Shown: positions 1 through 10,600 of the stretch, in pieces
How the letters are laid out: each line of letters opens with the position of its first letter
Position numbering within the stretch: position 1 is the stretch's first letter
NCBI GenBank assembly: GCA_039198915.1
Contig: JBCCTE010000001.1
Location: 1-26,143, forward strand
Direction of reading: 5' to 3'
Origin: Cyanobacteria bacterium P01_D01_bin.73
GTDB lineage: Bacteria > Cyanobacteriota > Cyanobacteriia > CACIAM-69d
Length of the DNA stretch: 26,143 nucleotides
Translations under genes and position numbers: made by a program
Notes under the pieces: generated by a model
Seen by the model: the letters and a program-made list of their open reading frames with translations, nothing else
Told to the model about the DNA's origin: nothing
The model's database searches: none

Positions 1-798
1 CTAATCTTAGGGAGATTATTACACTCTAGTAGAGCCAGCGACTATTTATCTCCAAGTTTTACACATCATTTGAGACAGCAACATGCAAAAACCTCTTGTC
101 ATCAAGAGTTAGAGTACCACATAATAACTTCTGTCGATATCGGCTTCATCTTGCTGGGTTTTCCCAATCTACAAAAGCCCTATAGCATGACAAAACTGTT
201 GAGACTGTGCTAGTGATATTAGCAGATAGCCTTCCTTAAAATCGACCTTCAAGTAATATTACTTGGACCGAGATGAGAAACGGAGAACTTTATGTTGCCG
301 AGTCTGATGCTAATTTGTTTTATAGTTTTAACTTACGACGTCTGTAGCTGTTGAGTTTACAGGGAGCAGATTCGATATCCAGGTTGGTCATGTATGTAAG
401 CCCAGCAGTGACGAATCCTTGACTAGCATCCTTGAATGGAATGGTCCAATAAAAGCTGTGTGTATCTGTAAAATAAAAAAAAAATTGAAGGCTAAAGACG
501 AACACCAAATTTGGCTTCTTTTATGAAACATGGGCATTAAATCATCCATAAAAAAGTAAACTTGAAATTAGGAGATGATTTTTAGACTTGCTTTTTTTTC
601 CAAATGATCAAAGGTTGACAAAAATGATTTCGGGTCTGATTATGGTCATGATTACACAGACAGGCTAAAGCTTACCGTTTTTGGGAATAGGTCCACATTT
701 CTCATCACGATCTCTGTATATTCTGGTCCACTCTCTCAGAGCCAAGTTCTGAATTTTAGACAGCGCTTTGCTCAAACTGAGCTGGTTGTCTCCTCCCT

Positions 799-1071
799 CT
801 AAGAAGACCGCCGGAACATATACCCCACGGCATTGCCAGCGGTAAGGGCGATGGAGCTGGGGACAATCTGATCAGCCGGCAACTTCCCAGTGGCGGCAGC
901 TACCACCAAAGCAGCGGGGGCTCCTAGTGCCATCACTGCATGTTGATTGGCGATCGCCTGAGTCCGTTGTTTCTTAGTGGGTTGGGGCGATCGCTTAGCC
1001 GTGCTTTTGGTAGCAGTATTCTTTTTGGAGGCTCTGGGCTTAGGATTCCGAGTTTTTCTGGTAGTTGCCAT
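799..1071 (-). CDS. Small protein with basic K/R/T-rich N-terminus and hydrophobic C-terminus
   Basis: ATG at 1071 overlaps the upstream stop (TAATG), indicating translational coupling. C-terminal hydrophobic segments ALGAPAALVVAAA and SSIALTAGNAVGYMF. Confidence 0.65.
   Translation of the reverse strand: MATTRKTRNPKPRASKKNTATKSTAKRSPQPTKKQRTQAIANQHAVMALGAPAALVVAAATGKLPADQIVPSSIALTAGNAVGYMFRRSS
809..927 (+). repeat. 119-bp direct repeat, copy 1
   Basis: cgccggaacatatacccc...gcagcgggggctcctag is identical to 26025-26143. The left flanks differ (aagaagac vs cttgggag). Confidence 0.97.
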
Positions 1072-1391
1072 TAGTGACCCGCTGCCTTGCAAAATGCCTC
1101 AATCTGTTGATTCTTAGCGGCGGCTTCAGATTCTAAAGATGCAACCTTAGCGGCACTACCAGAAGCCCCAGCGGATATCCCGGCGCGGTACATGGTGAGT
1201 CCCACGGCGCCGGTGCCAAGCAAAATCATCAGGGTATAGGCGATCACCAACTTTGGGCTACCCTTTGGCGCTGGGGTTGTTGCTGGCTGAAGCTTCTGGC
1301 GATAGATCGGTATAGGTTGCCACGCTACGGAATCGGGAATGTCAGGGTGCTGCTGCGATGCCTGAGGCGTTGGTGGTGATGTAGTGTACAT
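1071..1391 (-). CDS. Hypothetical single-pass membrane protein
   Basis: 106 aa, TM segment LVIAYTLMILLGTGAVGLTMY, P/Q-rich N-terminus, operon context. Confidence 0.7.
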   Translation of the reverse strand: MYTTSPPTPQASQQHPDIPDSVAWQPIPIYRQKLQPATTPAPKGSPKLVIAYTLMILLGTGAVGLTMYRAGISAGASGSAAKVASLESEAAAKNQQIEAFCKAAGH

Positions 1392-1447
1392 GTGAATTTA
1401 AGTTGATTGGCTTGGATTCAGGCGGACTGGGCTGAAAGGTAAGAGAG

Positions 1448-1669
1448 TTAGCCTAGTCCGCTCAAAATGATGGTTTTGCGCCTGCCAGAGCCTCGAATTT
1501 CTACGCTGTATGGCGGGCGGTATCGACGTCGGGGTGCCACCATTCCTAATGGGGCTAGGTTGTGGTGATAGGCCATGTCGGTAGCTTGGGGCGATCGCGA
1601 AAGAACCAGAGATTGAATTCCGGCGGTTGCCAGGGCGATCGCACATGATGCGAGGAAGGTTTTAAGCAT
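1448..1669 (-). CDS. Small secreted-type peptide with RGSGRR motif (PatX-like)
   Basis: From ATG 1669 (overlapping the upstream gene end): MLKTFLASCAIALATAGIQS signal-like N-terminus and IRGSGRR near the C-terminus (codons at 1481-1495). Confidence 0.55.
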   Translation of the reverse strand: MLKTFLASCAIALATAGIQSLVLSRSPQATDMAYHHNLAPLGMVAPRRRYRPPYSVEIRGSGRRKTIILSGLG

Positions 1670-1949
1670 CGGTATTTTGATCAGTTTCAGAAGAGTTTGG
1701 GCGGGGGGACCGGTCAGGTAGAGTGTCGATTTTGCCAACCATGTAGTCAGCGATCGCCCGCGCTTGCTCGATGGTTTCGTCGCCGGTTAACGCCAACAAT
1801 AAGAGCTTCTCCGGCAGGGCGTGACCCTGCTGAAACAGCCCAGAGAAGAAGCATCGGCGGGAGAGCCTACGCTGGACTATTTGCTCAGCGGAGGCAATTG
1901 CAGCGCGAAATCGAGGGGAAATGGGGAAAATTGCGTTATCTGAGTCCAT
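1662..1949 (-). CDS. Hypothetical protein
   Basis: 95-aa ORF tightly packed between co-oriented genes; no recognisable motif. Confidence 0.6.
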   Translation of the reverse strand: MDSDNAIFPISPRFRAAIASAEQIVQRRLSRRCFFSGLFQQGHALPEKLLLLALTGDETIEQARAIADYMVGKIDTLPDRSPRPNSSETDQNTDA

Positions 1950-2003
1950 GGGAATTTGAGCATTAGTTTTCTGAAGTAGATGCCCATGGTTGGATTTTTT
2001 GAA

Positions 2004-2249
2004 TCAATCGAAAAGCGAATCCAGAGCTTTGCCTGCGTCAAAGGGTTCGGATGGGGCGGCGGCGATCGCCGGGGTGTTGGGAACTGATGGAGCGCCGCTT
2101 ACCCAGGCATCGGTCTGAGTGCGGATCACGCCCTCCACCACAGCGCGGGGATTTACACCTTTTTTCAGCGCCGCCTCGATTACCGTTTCCCAGCAATCCG
2201 GTGCAAGCTTCATGGCTTTGTTGGCGGGCATGGTCAGGGTACGGGGCAT
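2004..2249 (-). CDS. Small partner of the ParM-like protein (candidate ParR-like adaptor)
   Basis: ATG at 2249 overlaps the actin gene stop (TAATG). 81 aa with a flexible P/A-rich tail ending ALDSLFD. Position matches type II partition adaptors. Confidence 0.55.
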   Translation of the reverse strand: MPRTLTMPANKAMKLAPDCWETVIEAALKKGVNPRAVVEGVIRTQTDAWVSGAPSVPNTPAIAAAPSEPFDAGKALDSLFD

Positions 2250-3283
2250 TAGGCGGCACCTCCCAAACGTTGAGCGTGTACCCACTGCCAATTGCCGATG
2301 CAGTTGGCACGGTGTGGGGCATCGGGAATCATGAACCGGGGCTTACCCGCCACCAGGTCGGATACCAAATTCGCCCCGCCGCCGGTGACCAGAATGCGGT
2401 CTACCATCCCCATCTGCGCCTGAAATTCAGCAGTAGTGGACGTGATAAACGACTTGAACCAGCGATCGCGAATCGGTCGCCACCAATCACCCCAGCTAAT
2501 CCCGGTGGATTCATAGCTGTGGGAGCCGTCCTGCAAACCTTCGAGAATGGCAGCCACTTTAGGGTGGGTGATGCCGTGGGCTCGTAGGGGCTGGGATAGT
2601 TTTGAGTTTTGGGCGATTAGATACGCCAAGCGCAGAACGCCATTTTTATCGCTGGTGAGCGATCGCACGGTGATTCCATTGGCATCGATAAGCCGCGCCA
2701 ACACAGTCCCACATCCCAGATCCAGCCCCAGAGTTAGCCCGCTACCCAAGCGCCCCTGGTTACGGCACAATGCCCAGCTCCCAAATAATTCGTCCAACAC
2801 TGTGACGCTGCGAATATCGATGCTGTAGCCAACGCCGTTGCGGCGGAATAAGAATGGTCCGGTTAAGTCTGCTGTAATTTGCTCACGCACCAGGTCATGA
2901 GAGTGGTGGCATAACACCAGATCAGCCTGATTAGTTTTGGATTTTGTGGGTAGCCCAGCCGCTACGAACAGGCGGATTAGTTCGGTTTTATTGCCGGTGG
3001 CAGCTACCTGGCAGGTGTCGTAGTAGGAAGCCTGTTGACCAACGTGGTACCGGGCACCGTCTACCTCGACGACGGGGGAATTTTTGACCGCTTGGATGGT
3101 TGGAGCGCCGTCGGGAATGGGAGCATACAGCGCCCGGATTAAACCATAGGAGCGCCCGTCGTAGATTTTGACGGCGGCGTTACCGGCGTCGATGGAAACC
3201 AAGGGTACTGGGGAAGCTGGGGCAGAAAATTGCGCAGGCGGCGGCGCGGGGGCGATGGTTGCCCCCTGTCGGGATGTGGTCAT
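2249..3283 (-). CDS. ParM/StbA-family actin-like ATPase
   Basis: Phosphate-1 VSIDAGNAAVK, phosphate-2 LGLDLGCGT, adenosine motif ILVTGGGAN. Likely start MTTSRQ at 3283 (ORF extends to 3448). Confidence 0.88.
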   Translation of the reverse strand: MTTSRQGATIAPAPPPAQFSAPASPVPLVSIDAGNAAVKIYDGRSYGLIRALYAPIPDGAPTIQAVKNSPVVEVDGARYHVGQQASYYDTCQVAATGNKTELIRLFVAAGLPTKSKTNQADLVLCHHSHDLVREQITADLTGPFLFRRNGVGYSIDIRSVTVLDELFGSWALCRNQGRLGSGLTLGLDLGCGTVLARLIDANGITVRSLTSDKNGVLRLAYLIAQNSKLSQPLRAHGITHPKVAAILEGLQDGSHSYESTGISWGDWWRPIRDRWFKSFITSTTAEFQAQMGMVDRILVTGGGANLVSDLVAGKPRFMIPDAPHRANCIGNWQWVHAQRLGGAA

Positions 3284-3534
3284 TGGATGTACTTGAAAGC
3301 TGTAATTGCGCGGGTGAATCACTAGAACAGCCGGTGATGCTTCTATCGCAGGAACCGGTATCCGTTCGTTTGCAATCGAATCCGCTTTAGATTCCTTCAC
3401 ATTTAGCCAGCGGATAAGAAGAAAACGCTGGAACAGCAAGCGGAGCAACGGTTTCGCGGGCGTGTGGGTCTTATCCAGGGACGCCTAGCGCGATGGGTAC
3501 GTTCGTTTACCATTGAACCAATACTATCACAAAA

Positions 3535-3636
3535 ATATCTATTTAGATATCAAAAAGATATTAATGCGATGATAGAATTTATATGCCAGGGAGAAATCGG
3601 CAATGATGCGAGAATTATTGATATCTAGATAGATAT
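3535..3636. promoter_or_regulatory. Two ATATCT-N4-AGATAT palindromes in the AT-rich divergent intergenic region
   Basis: 3535-3550 atatct-attt-agatat and 3621-3636 atatct-agat-agatat, plus a half-site agatat at 3556-3561. Confidence 0.6.
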
Positions 3637-3648
3637 GGTTTGCACATC

Positions 3649-3900
3649 ATGCCGAAGCAAAGCCCTGACCCTACACCTTCTAAGCCAGAATCTGAGCGTT
3701 TGCTGGTGACCTTGCCCGGATTTACCGCTGGGCGGTTTAAGTTGCTTTCAGAAAAAATGGGAGGTGAAGCGCTGGCGTCTCTCGTCAGACGAGCTGCTGA
3801 GGAGTGGGTTGTTTCAGACAACTATGATCGACTGCTTAAAGCGGCGATCGAACAAGAGCAATCCCAACCTGGCGATACAGGTCAGTTAGTTAAGGAGTAA
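3649..3900 (+). CDS. CopG/ribbon-helix-helix-like regulator
   Basis: ERLLVTLP strand followed by two helices (ALASLVRRAAEEW). Divergent from the ParM-like operon. Confidence 0.65.
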   Translation: MPKQSPDPTPSKPESERLLVTLPGFTAGRFKLLSEKMGGEALASLVRRAAEEWVVSDNYDRLLKAAIEQEQSQPGDTGQLVKE

Positions 3901-3903
3901 GCC

Positions 3904-4125
3904 ATGGAGAAGGCTAAACGGGCCACGATTCAGTTGGGCGATCGCGAATTGGAAGTTTTCCAGTTGCCCGACGGCTCGTATCGACTTAGCCAGTCCCAGG
4001 TTGCTGAGGCAGTAGAAAAGCCGGAAGCGAATTTCCCAGACTTTTTAGGCAAAAAATGACTGGAATCCTTACCTGGACTGGATCGTTCTAGTCATACTTT
4101 TTTGAAAATTGAGTACGAGGAATAG
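3904..4125 (+). pseudogene. Truncated antirepressor/P63C-like N-terminal fragment with in-frame TGA
   Basis: MEKAKRATIQLGDRELEVFQLPDGSYRLSQSQVAEAVEK..., TGA at 4057-4059, then the frame continues LESLPGLD...EYEE* into the dinD start. Confidence 0.55.
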
Positions 4126-4972
4126 TGTGGAATCTGAAACCATCAATCAACTATTTGAAGTTTTCGAATCTCATGCTCAAACCACAGAATCTGGCATTGA
4201 GTATTGGCTAGCACGCGACTTGCAGCATCTACTTGGATATTCCAAGTGGTCTAATTTCCTCAATGTGCTTTCCAAGGCAAAAACGGCTTGCGATGTCTCT
4301 GGAAACAACGTCTCAGACCATTTTGCCGACGTCGGTAAAATGGTCCAGCTCGGCTCTGGCGGGCAACGAGAGATCAGCGACGTTATGCTCACTCGCTATG
4401 CCTGTTACCTAGTGGCTCAAAATGGCGACCCTCAAAAACAAGAAATCGCATTTGCCCAAACCTACTTTGCAATCCAAACTCGTAAAGCAGAATTAGTAGA
4501 AAAGCGTGTATTAGAAGCGGAGCGGCTCTCGGCACGACAAAAGCTGACAGCAACGGAAAAAGAGCTCTCGCAGGTTATCTACGAAAAAACCGGCGGCAAC
4601 CGTAACTTTGGGTTAATTCGAAGTAAGGGTGATCAGGCGCTATTTGGTAGCAGTACCAAGGCGATGAAAGCCAGGTGGAACATTCCTGACAGGCGTCCTT
4701 TAGCGGATTTCGCACCCACCATCATTCTCAAAGCCAAGGACTTTGCTGCTGAAATCACAATTTTCAATACTCGAGCCAACGACCTCGACACAGAGCCACA
4801 AATATCCAGTGAGCACGTAACCAACAATCAGGCGGTACGCAAGACGCTGCTAGACCGAGGAATCCGCCCAGAGACCCTGGAACCGGATGAGGATATCAAA
4901 AAGGTGGAGCGACGGCTCAAATCTGAGAATAAGAAAACGTCAAAAGATCCACCCGCCTTAAATACGGAATAG
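4109..4972 (+). CDS. dinD: DNA damage-inducible protein D (BRO-like N-terminus)
   Basis: EYWLARDLQHLLGYSKW, LTRYACYLVAQNGDP, FAQTYFAIQTRKAE, PLADFAPTI and EHVTNNQAVR are characteristic DinD blocks. Confidence 0.9.
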   Translation: MSTRNSVESETINQLFEVFESHAQTTESGIEYWLARDLQHLLGYSKWSNFLNVLSKAKTACDVSGNNVSDHFADVGKMVQLGSGGQREISDVMLTRYACYLVAQNGDPQKQEIAFAQTYFAIQTRKAELVEKRVLEAERLSARQKLTATEKELSQVIYEKTGGNRNFGLIRSKGDQALFGSSTKAMKARWNIPDRRPLADFAPTIILKAKDFAAEITIFNTRANDLDTEPQISSEHVTNNQAVRKTLLDRGIRPETLEPDEDIKKVERRLKSENKKTSKDPPALNTE

Positions 4973-5772
4973 TACGGTCCCATCACGTTTACAACCAGTG
5001 GGATTTTCTCCTGAATTATGAACTGGTTATCGCTAATGGACCACCAACCAAAACAGCAATGTTTTTTTCATGATTTCTATTATCTTTCTCGTGTTTTATC
5101 AACCTTTTTAAAACACAGAGTATTTATCCTAGGTCAGGTCACTTCCCAGAGAAAAAACGTTCTTTAAATAATGGGTACTCAACCCAATTAAAGTACGTTT
5201 AAGCAATTAAAGATGACTTTAGATCCAGATAGGATCTATTTGCGTAAATACAATTTTGATCGGCTAATATAAAACCAAGAAAAAATTGGTCTCGAGAACT
5301 AGAAAGCGAACCCTGGTTGTCCCCAAGGTCCGCTTTCACAAAAACTGAAGTTTCGCCGCTTCAAAGTTATGGAATTATTCTACTCGCAAAAAATCATTTC
5401 TCCCACCCTTGCCTGGCAGCTATGCGCAGCAGCTCAGGGGTGGGTTTGTTCGTTTATTGAGGGTCAAACCATGACCGCTTCATTGAAAAACTGCCTAAAA
5501 ACGGTGAAGACCCCTAGGGCTGGATAGCTCTAAGGGCCTTGCAAAACCTTTCCCTGTCATCGCGATCAAAGTTTGCCGACTCAAGACGCGATGCGGGGGC
5601 TCTAGCCCAACTCCAAACCGCTGCTACCAACAGCAACCTGGACCAGGCTTTTATCCAACCGAATTGGAGACCGATTGAATTCAGCAAAAACGACATCAGA
5701 AATGGCGCTTTTGCATGAACGGCATAAGAAATGCCGCAAACCACCTGTACACACGTGTAAACAGAGGTCTAA

Positions 5773-7608
5773 GTGAATCATAGCGCATGTACACACACAC
5801 CTGGTACCAGTGAACCAGCAGCACCGCTTCAGGCGATCCAAAGCACCCTAATTCCCCTATTTCCCCAAAGATCGCCCCAGCGCCGGATCCAGCTCCGGGA
5901 CTACCAAACGCAGATGCTTCGGGAAATTTATCGAGCAATTCGTGGGAACCAGTCCCGAGTGTTGGCGATCGCCGTCATGGGCGCGGGCAAGACGGTCCTA
6001 GCTAGCAAAATTATGTCCGACGCCGTGAGCAAGGGACGGCGGGCGCTATTCCTAGTCAGCCTCAACTGCCTGCTGGACCAGGCGGCGGGCACCCTAGAAA
6101 AATTTGGGATCCGTTGCTCAGTCTTGCAGGGCGATCGCGATTTCGACACCGGCGCACCGGCGATCGTCGCCAGTCTCCAAACAATCGCCGCGCGGCAACG
6201 GCGGGGGCAGTCTCTGGGCCAGATCCTAGGGCGCAATTTTGGGGTGGTATTCCTCGATGAGGCTCACATCACCGCATGGGATAAAACCTACACCGCCATT
6301 TCAGACTGGCTTCCTAACACCGCCATCATCGGGCTCACTGCAACTCCATGGCGGCTCAGTAAAAAGCAATGGCTAGGGCAGCAATTTGAGAGTGCTGTTA
6401 TTGGACCCCAGCCCCTAGACATCATCAAAATGGGCGGCGCGGTCCCGGCTCGCATTTTTCGCTTGGACGGGGCAATCAAGGAAACCGAGCTAAAGGTGCG
6501 CCAGGGTGAGTACGCCGACAGCTCCATTGCTCGACAAGCAACAACGCCAGAAAGCCTCGCAATCGTATTGAACGGGTACCAAGAACATTGCAGCGATCGC
6601 CCGGCGCTAATGGTGGGGGCCACCGTCTCTCAGGCTCAAGCAACAGCCGACCATTTCAATCAGCACGGGATAAAAGCTGAGGTAATTACCGGCAAAACCA
6701 GCCACCGCGATCGCCAGGCAATCATCGCTCGCTTAGCCAGCGGTGCCACCCAAATCATTTGCTCAGTGGGTTGCCTGACCGCCGGTTTCGATTGCCCGCC
6801 AGTGTCAGCAATCTTATTTGTACGGAAAACAAAAAGCCGAGCATTATTCCATCAGGTGTGCGGTCGCGGCTCCCGTCCCCACCCTGGCAAAACCGACTAC
6901 CTAATCCTCGACTTTGGCAATAACCAAACCCATGGCAACCCCATGGCAGCTCAGGATTATTCCATCGCCGAACCGGAGCAGCATGAGCTGGTGACGGTGG
7001 ATAAAGCCTGTCCCGCTTGCTTAGAAGTGGTGAGCATCTTCGTTCAGATTTGCCCCAACTGTGGGCATGAATTTAGCGCCAATACTGCTGCGGATGATGG
7101 TACCGAGGAATTAATCCAAGGCACTCTTTCCGAGCGATTCACGAAACAACAGCTCGCGCAACGACAATGGCTACGTGATGTGCGACGGCGGGCATTTGCG
7201 CAGGACGAAAACCCTAGCCGGTGTATTCAGCAATTTATCGATACCCACGGCTTTACACCACCAAAAGACTGGACCCACGGCGCAGCTCTAGGGCGCACCA
7301 ACGCCAGCGTTAGCCGCCGCTTGCAATACGTTGAATATCTAGAACGCCATTGCACTGAAGCAAAAGACGTTGAGGGCTGGCTTGCCTACCACTGCCAGCT
7401 TGAATTTGGCTGCGATTTTGAGCGACTGATGGAGCTACCTGGGTGGTGGGACGTTTTGCGAATACCCCCTGACTCGGGACCGGAAGAGGTCAGGGAAGCC
7501 TATCGCCGGGCATCACTAATGGCTTCCACCCAGGCAGATTTCCACCAGTTGAACACGGCGATCGCGTCGGCTAAGGCAGATTTGCAGGGGGTACCTGCAA
7601 ATGGCTAA
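5773..7608 (+). CDS. DEAH-box SF2 helicase (RadD/YejH-like) with Zn finger and C-terminal J-domain-like region
   Basis: LRDYQ, MGAGKT, DEAH, TATP, TAGFDCP, QVCGRGSR, CPAC/CPNC. C-terminal WWDVLRIPPDSGPEEVREAYRR. Start codon uncertain. Confidence 0.9.
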   Translation: MNHSACTHTPGTSEPAAPLQAIQSTLIPLFPQRSPQRRIQLRDYQTQMLREIYRAIRGNQSRVLAIAVMGAGKTVLASKIMSDAVSKGRRALFLVSLNCLLDQAAGTLEKFGIRCSVLQGDRDFDTGAPAIVASLQTIAARQRRGQSLGQILGRNFGVVFLDEAHITAWDKTYTAISDWLPNTAIIGLTATPWRLSKKQWLGQQFESAVIGPQPLDIIKMGGAVPARIFRLDGAIKETELKVRQGEYADSSIARQATTPESLAIVLNGYQEHCSDRPALMVGATVSQAQATADHFNQHGIKAEVITGKTSHRDRQAIIARLASGATQIICSVGCLTAGFDCPPVSAILFVRKTKSRALFHQVCGRGSRPHPGKTDYLILDFGNNQTHGNPMAAQDYSIAEPEQHELVTVDKACPACLEVVSIFVQICPNCGHEFSANTAADDGTEELIQGTLSERFTKQQLAQRQWLRDVRRRAFAQDENPSRCIQQFIDTHGFTPPKDWTHGAALGRTNASVSRRLQYVEYLERHCTEAKDVEGWLAYHCQLEFGCDFERLMELPGWWDVLRIPPDSGPEEVREAYRRASLMASTQADFHQLNTAIASAKADLQGVPANG

Positions 7609-10600
7609 TCAATTCCACTACTACCGCCAAGGCGACTGCCCAATCTGTGGAGGTGCTGGGCATAAATCCAATAAAGTTTGCCGGTCCACCACCACCGATG
7701 ACGGACGCATTAAGGTCCATTGCTGGGGTGGTGGCGACGCTCTTAAAGGCTGGGGATATGTGGGCGATGATACTCACGGCATGGCCCAGTACATCGAAGG
7801 CTGGGGCGATCGCCGGGATATGGACCGGGATGCCAGAGAGCGCAAAGCAACGGCGGCGCGGGCACAGGCGGAAAAGGAGCGGCTGGGGCGATCGCTAACC
7901 ATTGAACGGGATGCCACTTACCGGAAATGGCAGGACAATCAACGTCTGAACCAGCGGGACCGGGACGAATTAACCCGGCGTGGTCTCTTGCCCAATGAAA
8001 TTCAATTAGCGCAGGAGCTGGGCTGGTTACGCCGCTGGGAGAAAGGGTCACAGCTATTTGGTCCTGCCAATATTCCCGGCGTAAATCATTGGGGGCTTGG
8101 TGGGCAATCGGGACTGGCGATCGCAGCGCCTAATTCTGACGGGCTAATCGCAGGCTTCCAAGTCAAGCCGGATAGCCAGGGCGATGGACCCAAATATCGC
8201 TGGCTAGCTGGCTGCGCCCTGCGTAATAATGAGCAGCCCATTCCGGTATTTCAGCATCCAGATCGCCGTGGGGATGTGGAAATCTGGATTACTGAGGGTT
8301 TTCTAAAGGCACTCGTTACAGCGTTTCTGGCATGGCGGCTAGGGCTCACCCATGTCGTAGTGGTGGGCTGTGGCGGTTCCAACTGGGCAAGCGCACCGGC
8401 GCAATGGGAACGCACCCTGCAGCGCCTCAATCCCACCGCAATCTACCTGTTACCCGACGCCGGCGCGGCCCAAAACGAAAACATCCTGGGGCAAGCGGAT
8501 AGGCTGCGATCGCTCCTACGCGGGCTGGGACATACTCTCAAATTTAAGTGGTGGGGGCAATTCGATAAATCGGGCAAGGGCAACCTAGACCCTGACGAAG
8601 TACCCACCCAAACCATCATCGATGCACCGGCGCTACCCGCTATCCCCGCCGGCGCGATTCAGCTTTGGAGCGAAACCCCCCAGCGACAGGCGTTACTGGT
8701 ACCCGGCGTAGGAATGCCATTGCTGTATGAGCCGGGCGATCGCCAGCGGGTGTGGGAGGGCATGGAAGATCGGGCGATCGCCAGTGGGCAGTCGTTAGTG
8801 GTGCTAGATACTAGCGAAGCCGGAAGCGGCAAATCGCGGGACGCCGGAATATTTCTGCACAACGCCCCCAATGGCACCCAGCGAGTGTTTGCGTCTCAGG
8901 AATATCGCAACCCATCGGATCCCACGTTAGATGCCCTGCCAGAGCTAGAAGCGAAGCACCTGGGCTTGGTCGGCAACGACATCGATGGGCGGTATATCCG
9001 TCGCACCCCTAAAGCTGGTGAAGAGCCCAACATTGAGCCGTCATGCGCCAAAGCACCCTATTTCCACAAGGCTCACTCCATGGGAGTGCAGGCGATCGCC
9101 GGTGCGGATTGCCATGCCTGTCGTACTTGCCCCATGGCAGATATCACCTATAGGGAAGGGGAGGTAGTAGCTCTAACCTGCCAACACCTAAATCGTAAGC
9201 GGGCTACCAAAGATACCCCCGCCTACCGGTGCCATCCCAGCACCATAGCCAAGCCCAGCGAGCGCTACGATTCCCAGACCGTAATCATTGATGAAGCCAC
9301 ACCGGCGCTATCAGCGGTGCAATCCCAAAGCTTTAGCCCTAATGATCTAGCCCAAGATTTTCAGGCACTCAAGGTAACGGCACCGGAGCCGGCTGCCATC
9401 ATTGAACCCCTTGTAGATGCCGATATTTTGGCGCTCCACAAGCTTTCTGCCAGCAAAGACCCAGAGGATTACTACGGGCTATCAAGTTACGCCCTGATGG
9501 AATCTCAAGCTCAGGCTGTTAAAGCTGTGGAGAGCCAACTAGAGGCATCTCCACACTTCGACTACATCTCCGCTGCCACACCGTGGGAATGGCTTGCCAA
9601 ACGCCTGGATAAAGCAACCCGCACACTACCTGATCATCACCTGGGCTCCACCCTGGAAGAGCACCTATGGGCACTGGATAACCTGGCCCGAGCACGATTT
9701 TTTGGAGAGCGGTTACGAGCAACAACCGGGCAACACAGTCGAGCCACCATGCCCCGCACCAACATTGCCAATGGTGATCGCCCGGCAACTCTACAGCTAA
9801 GCAATGCCAACGCCCGCACTAAGGCGCAATTCAAAACTGCTAACCGGCTGTCGATACTGTTAGATGCAACCGGCTCTCCCGCGCACCTACGACGCATCAC
9901 GGGACAACCGGTGTTCTGGATTCAGCAGCGGCGATCGCAGTTTCCCAACCTCACCATCAAACTCATCACCGGCACCGACAAGCTGAAGGTAAATCGTGAG
10001 CAATCAACGCGCGACCGCGCCCGATTATTGGCCCAGCGAGTTGCGGATGCTCATCAAGGACAATCCATCGGGCTTATTGATTACCAGCGCTACCGGGACG
10101 ACTATGACGGACTGGGCTTCAAATTCCTGTCCCGATTTGTCGAGTCCCGTGGCACCAACCGGGCTAAAGATTTGGATGCGATCGCCCTAATGGGTGTCGG
10201 CGTTTCTAACCTGGGGCAGCTGGCCATTCAGTATGAGTTACTGCACCGGTGCACTATTGCTGACCTTGCCCATGACCGTCGATTCCTCGCGTGGGTACGA
10301 AGGCGATCGCTGGACCTGACCGTTCAGGAAATTTCCAGACTTCGAGCCCAATGGTCATCTACGTCCCAGACGGTGTACGTCGCCGGGGCGAGCAAGACGG
10401 CGATCGCCCGACTGCAAAAGGAGTTTCCAGGGGCAACCGTCGAAGTGGTGGACGTAATGCGAATCAGCCCCCAATCGGCAACAGAGAAAGCCCAGCGTAC
10501 TGCCAACGCGGTTATCGATAGTGCAATAACTACCGCTAAAGACACCGGAGTGATGCCTTCCCAACAAGCCTTAGCGAAGGCGACCGGACGCTCGCTGTCC

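Noticed and set aside
1-660. 62-aa ORF 320-508 and other short frames
   Set aside because: Fragmented AT-rich sequence with homopolymer runs and no recognisable family; possibly a decayed gene but unsupported.
2051-2828. Plus-strand ORFs opposite the ParM-like operon, and similar antisense ORFs inside helicase, rep, tnpB and ATPase genes
   Set aside because: Shadow frames of GC-rich genes with no motifs.
3284-3448. N-terminal extension of the ParM-like ORF
   Set aside because: It precedes the actin fold with no homology signal; the ATG at 3283 is the more plausible start.
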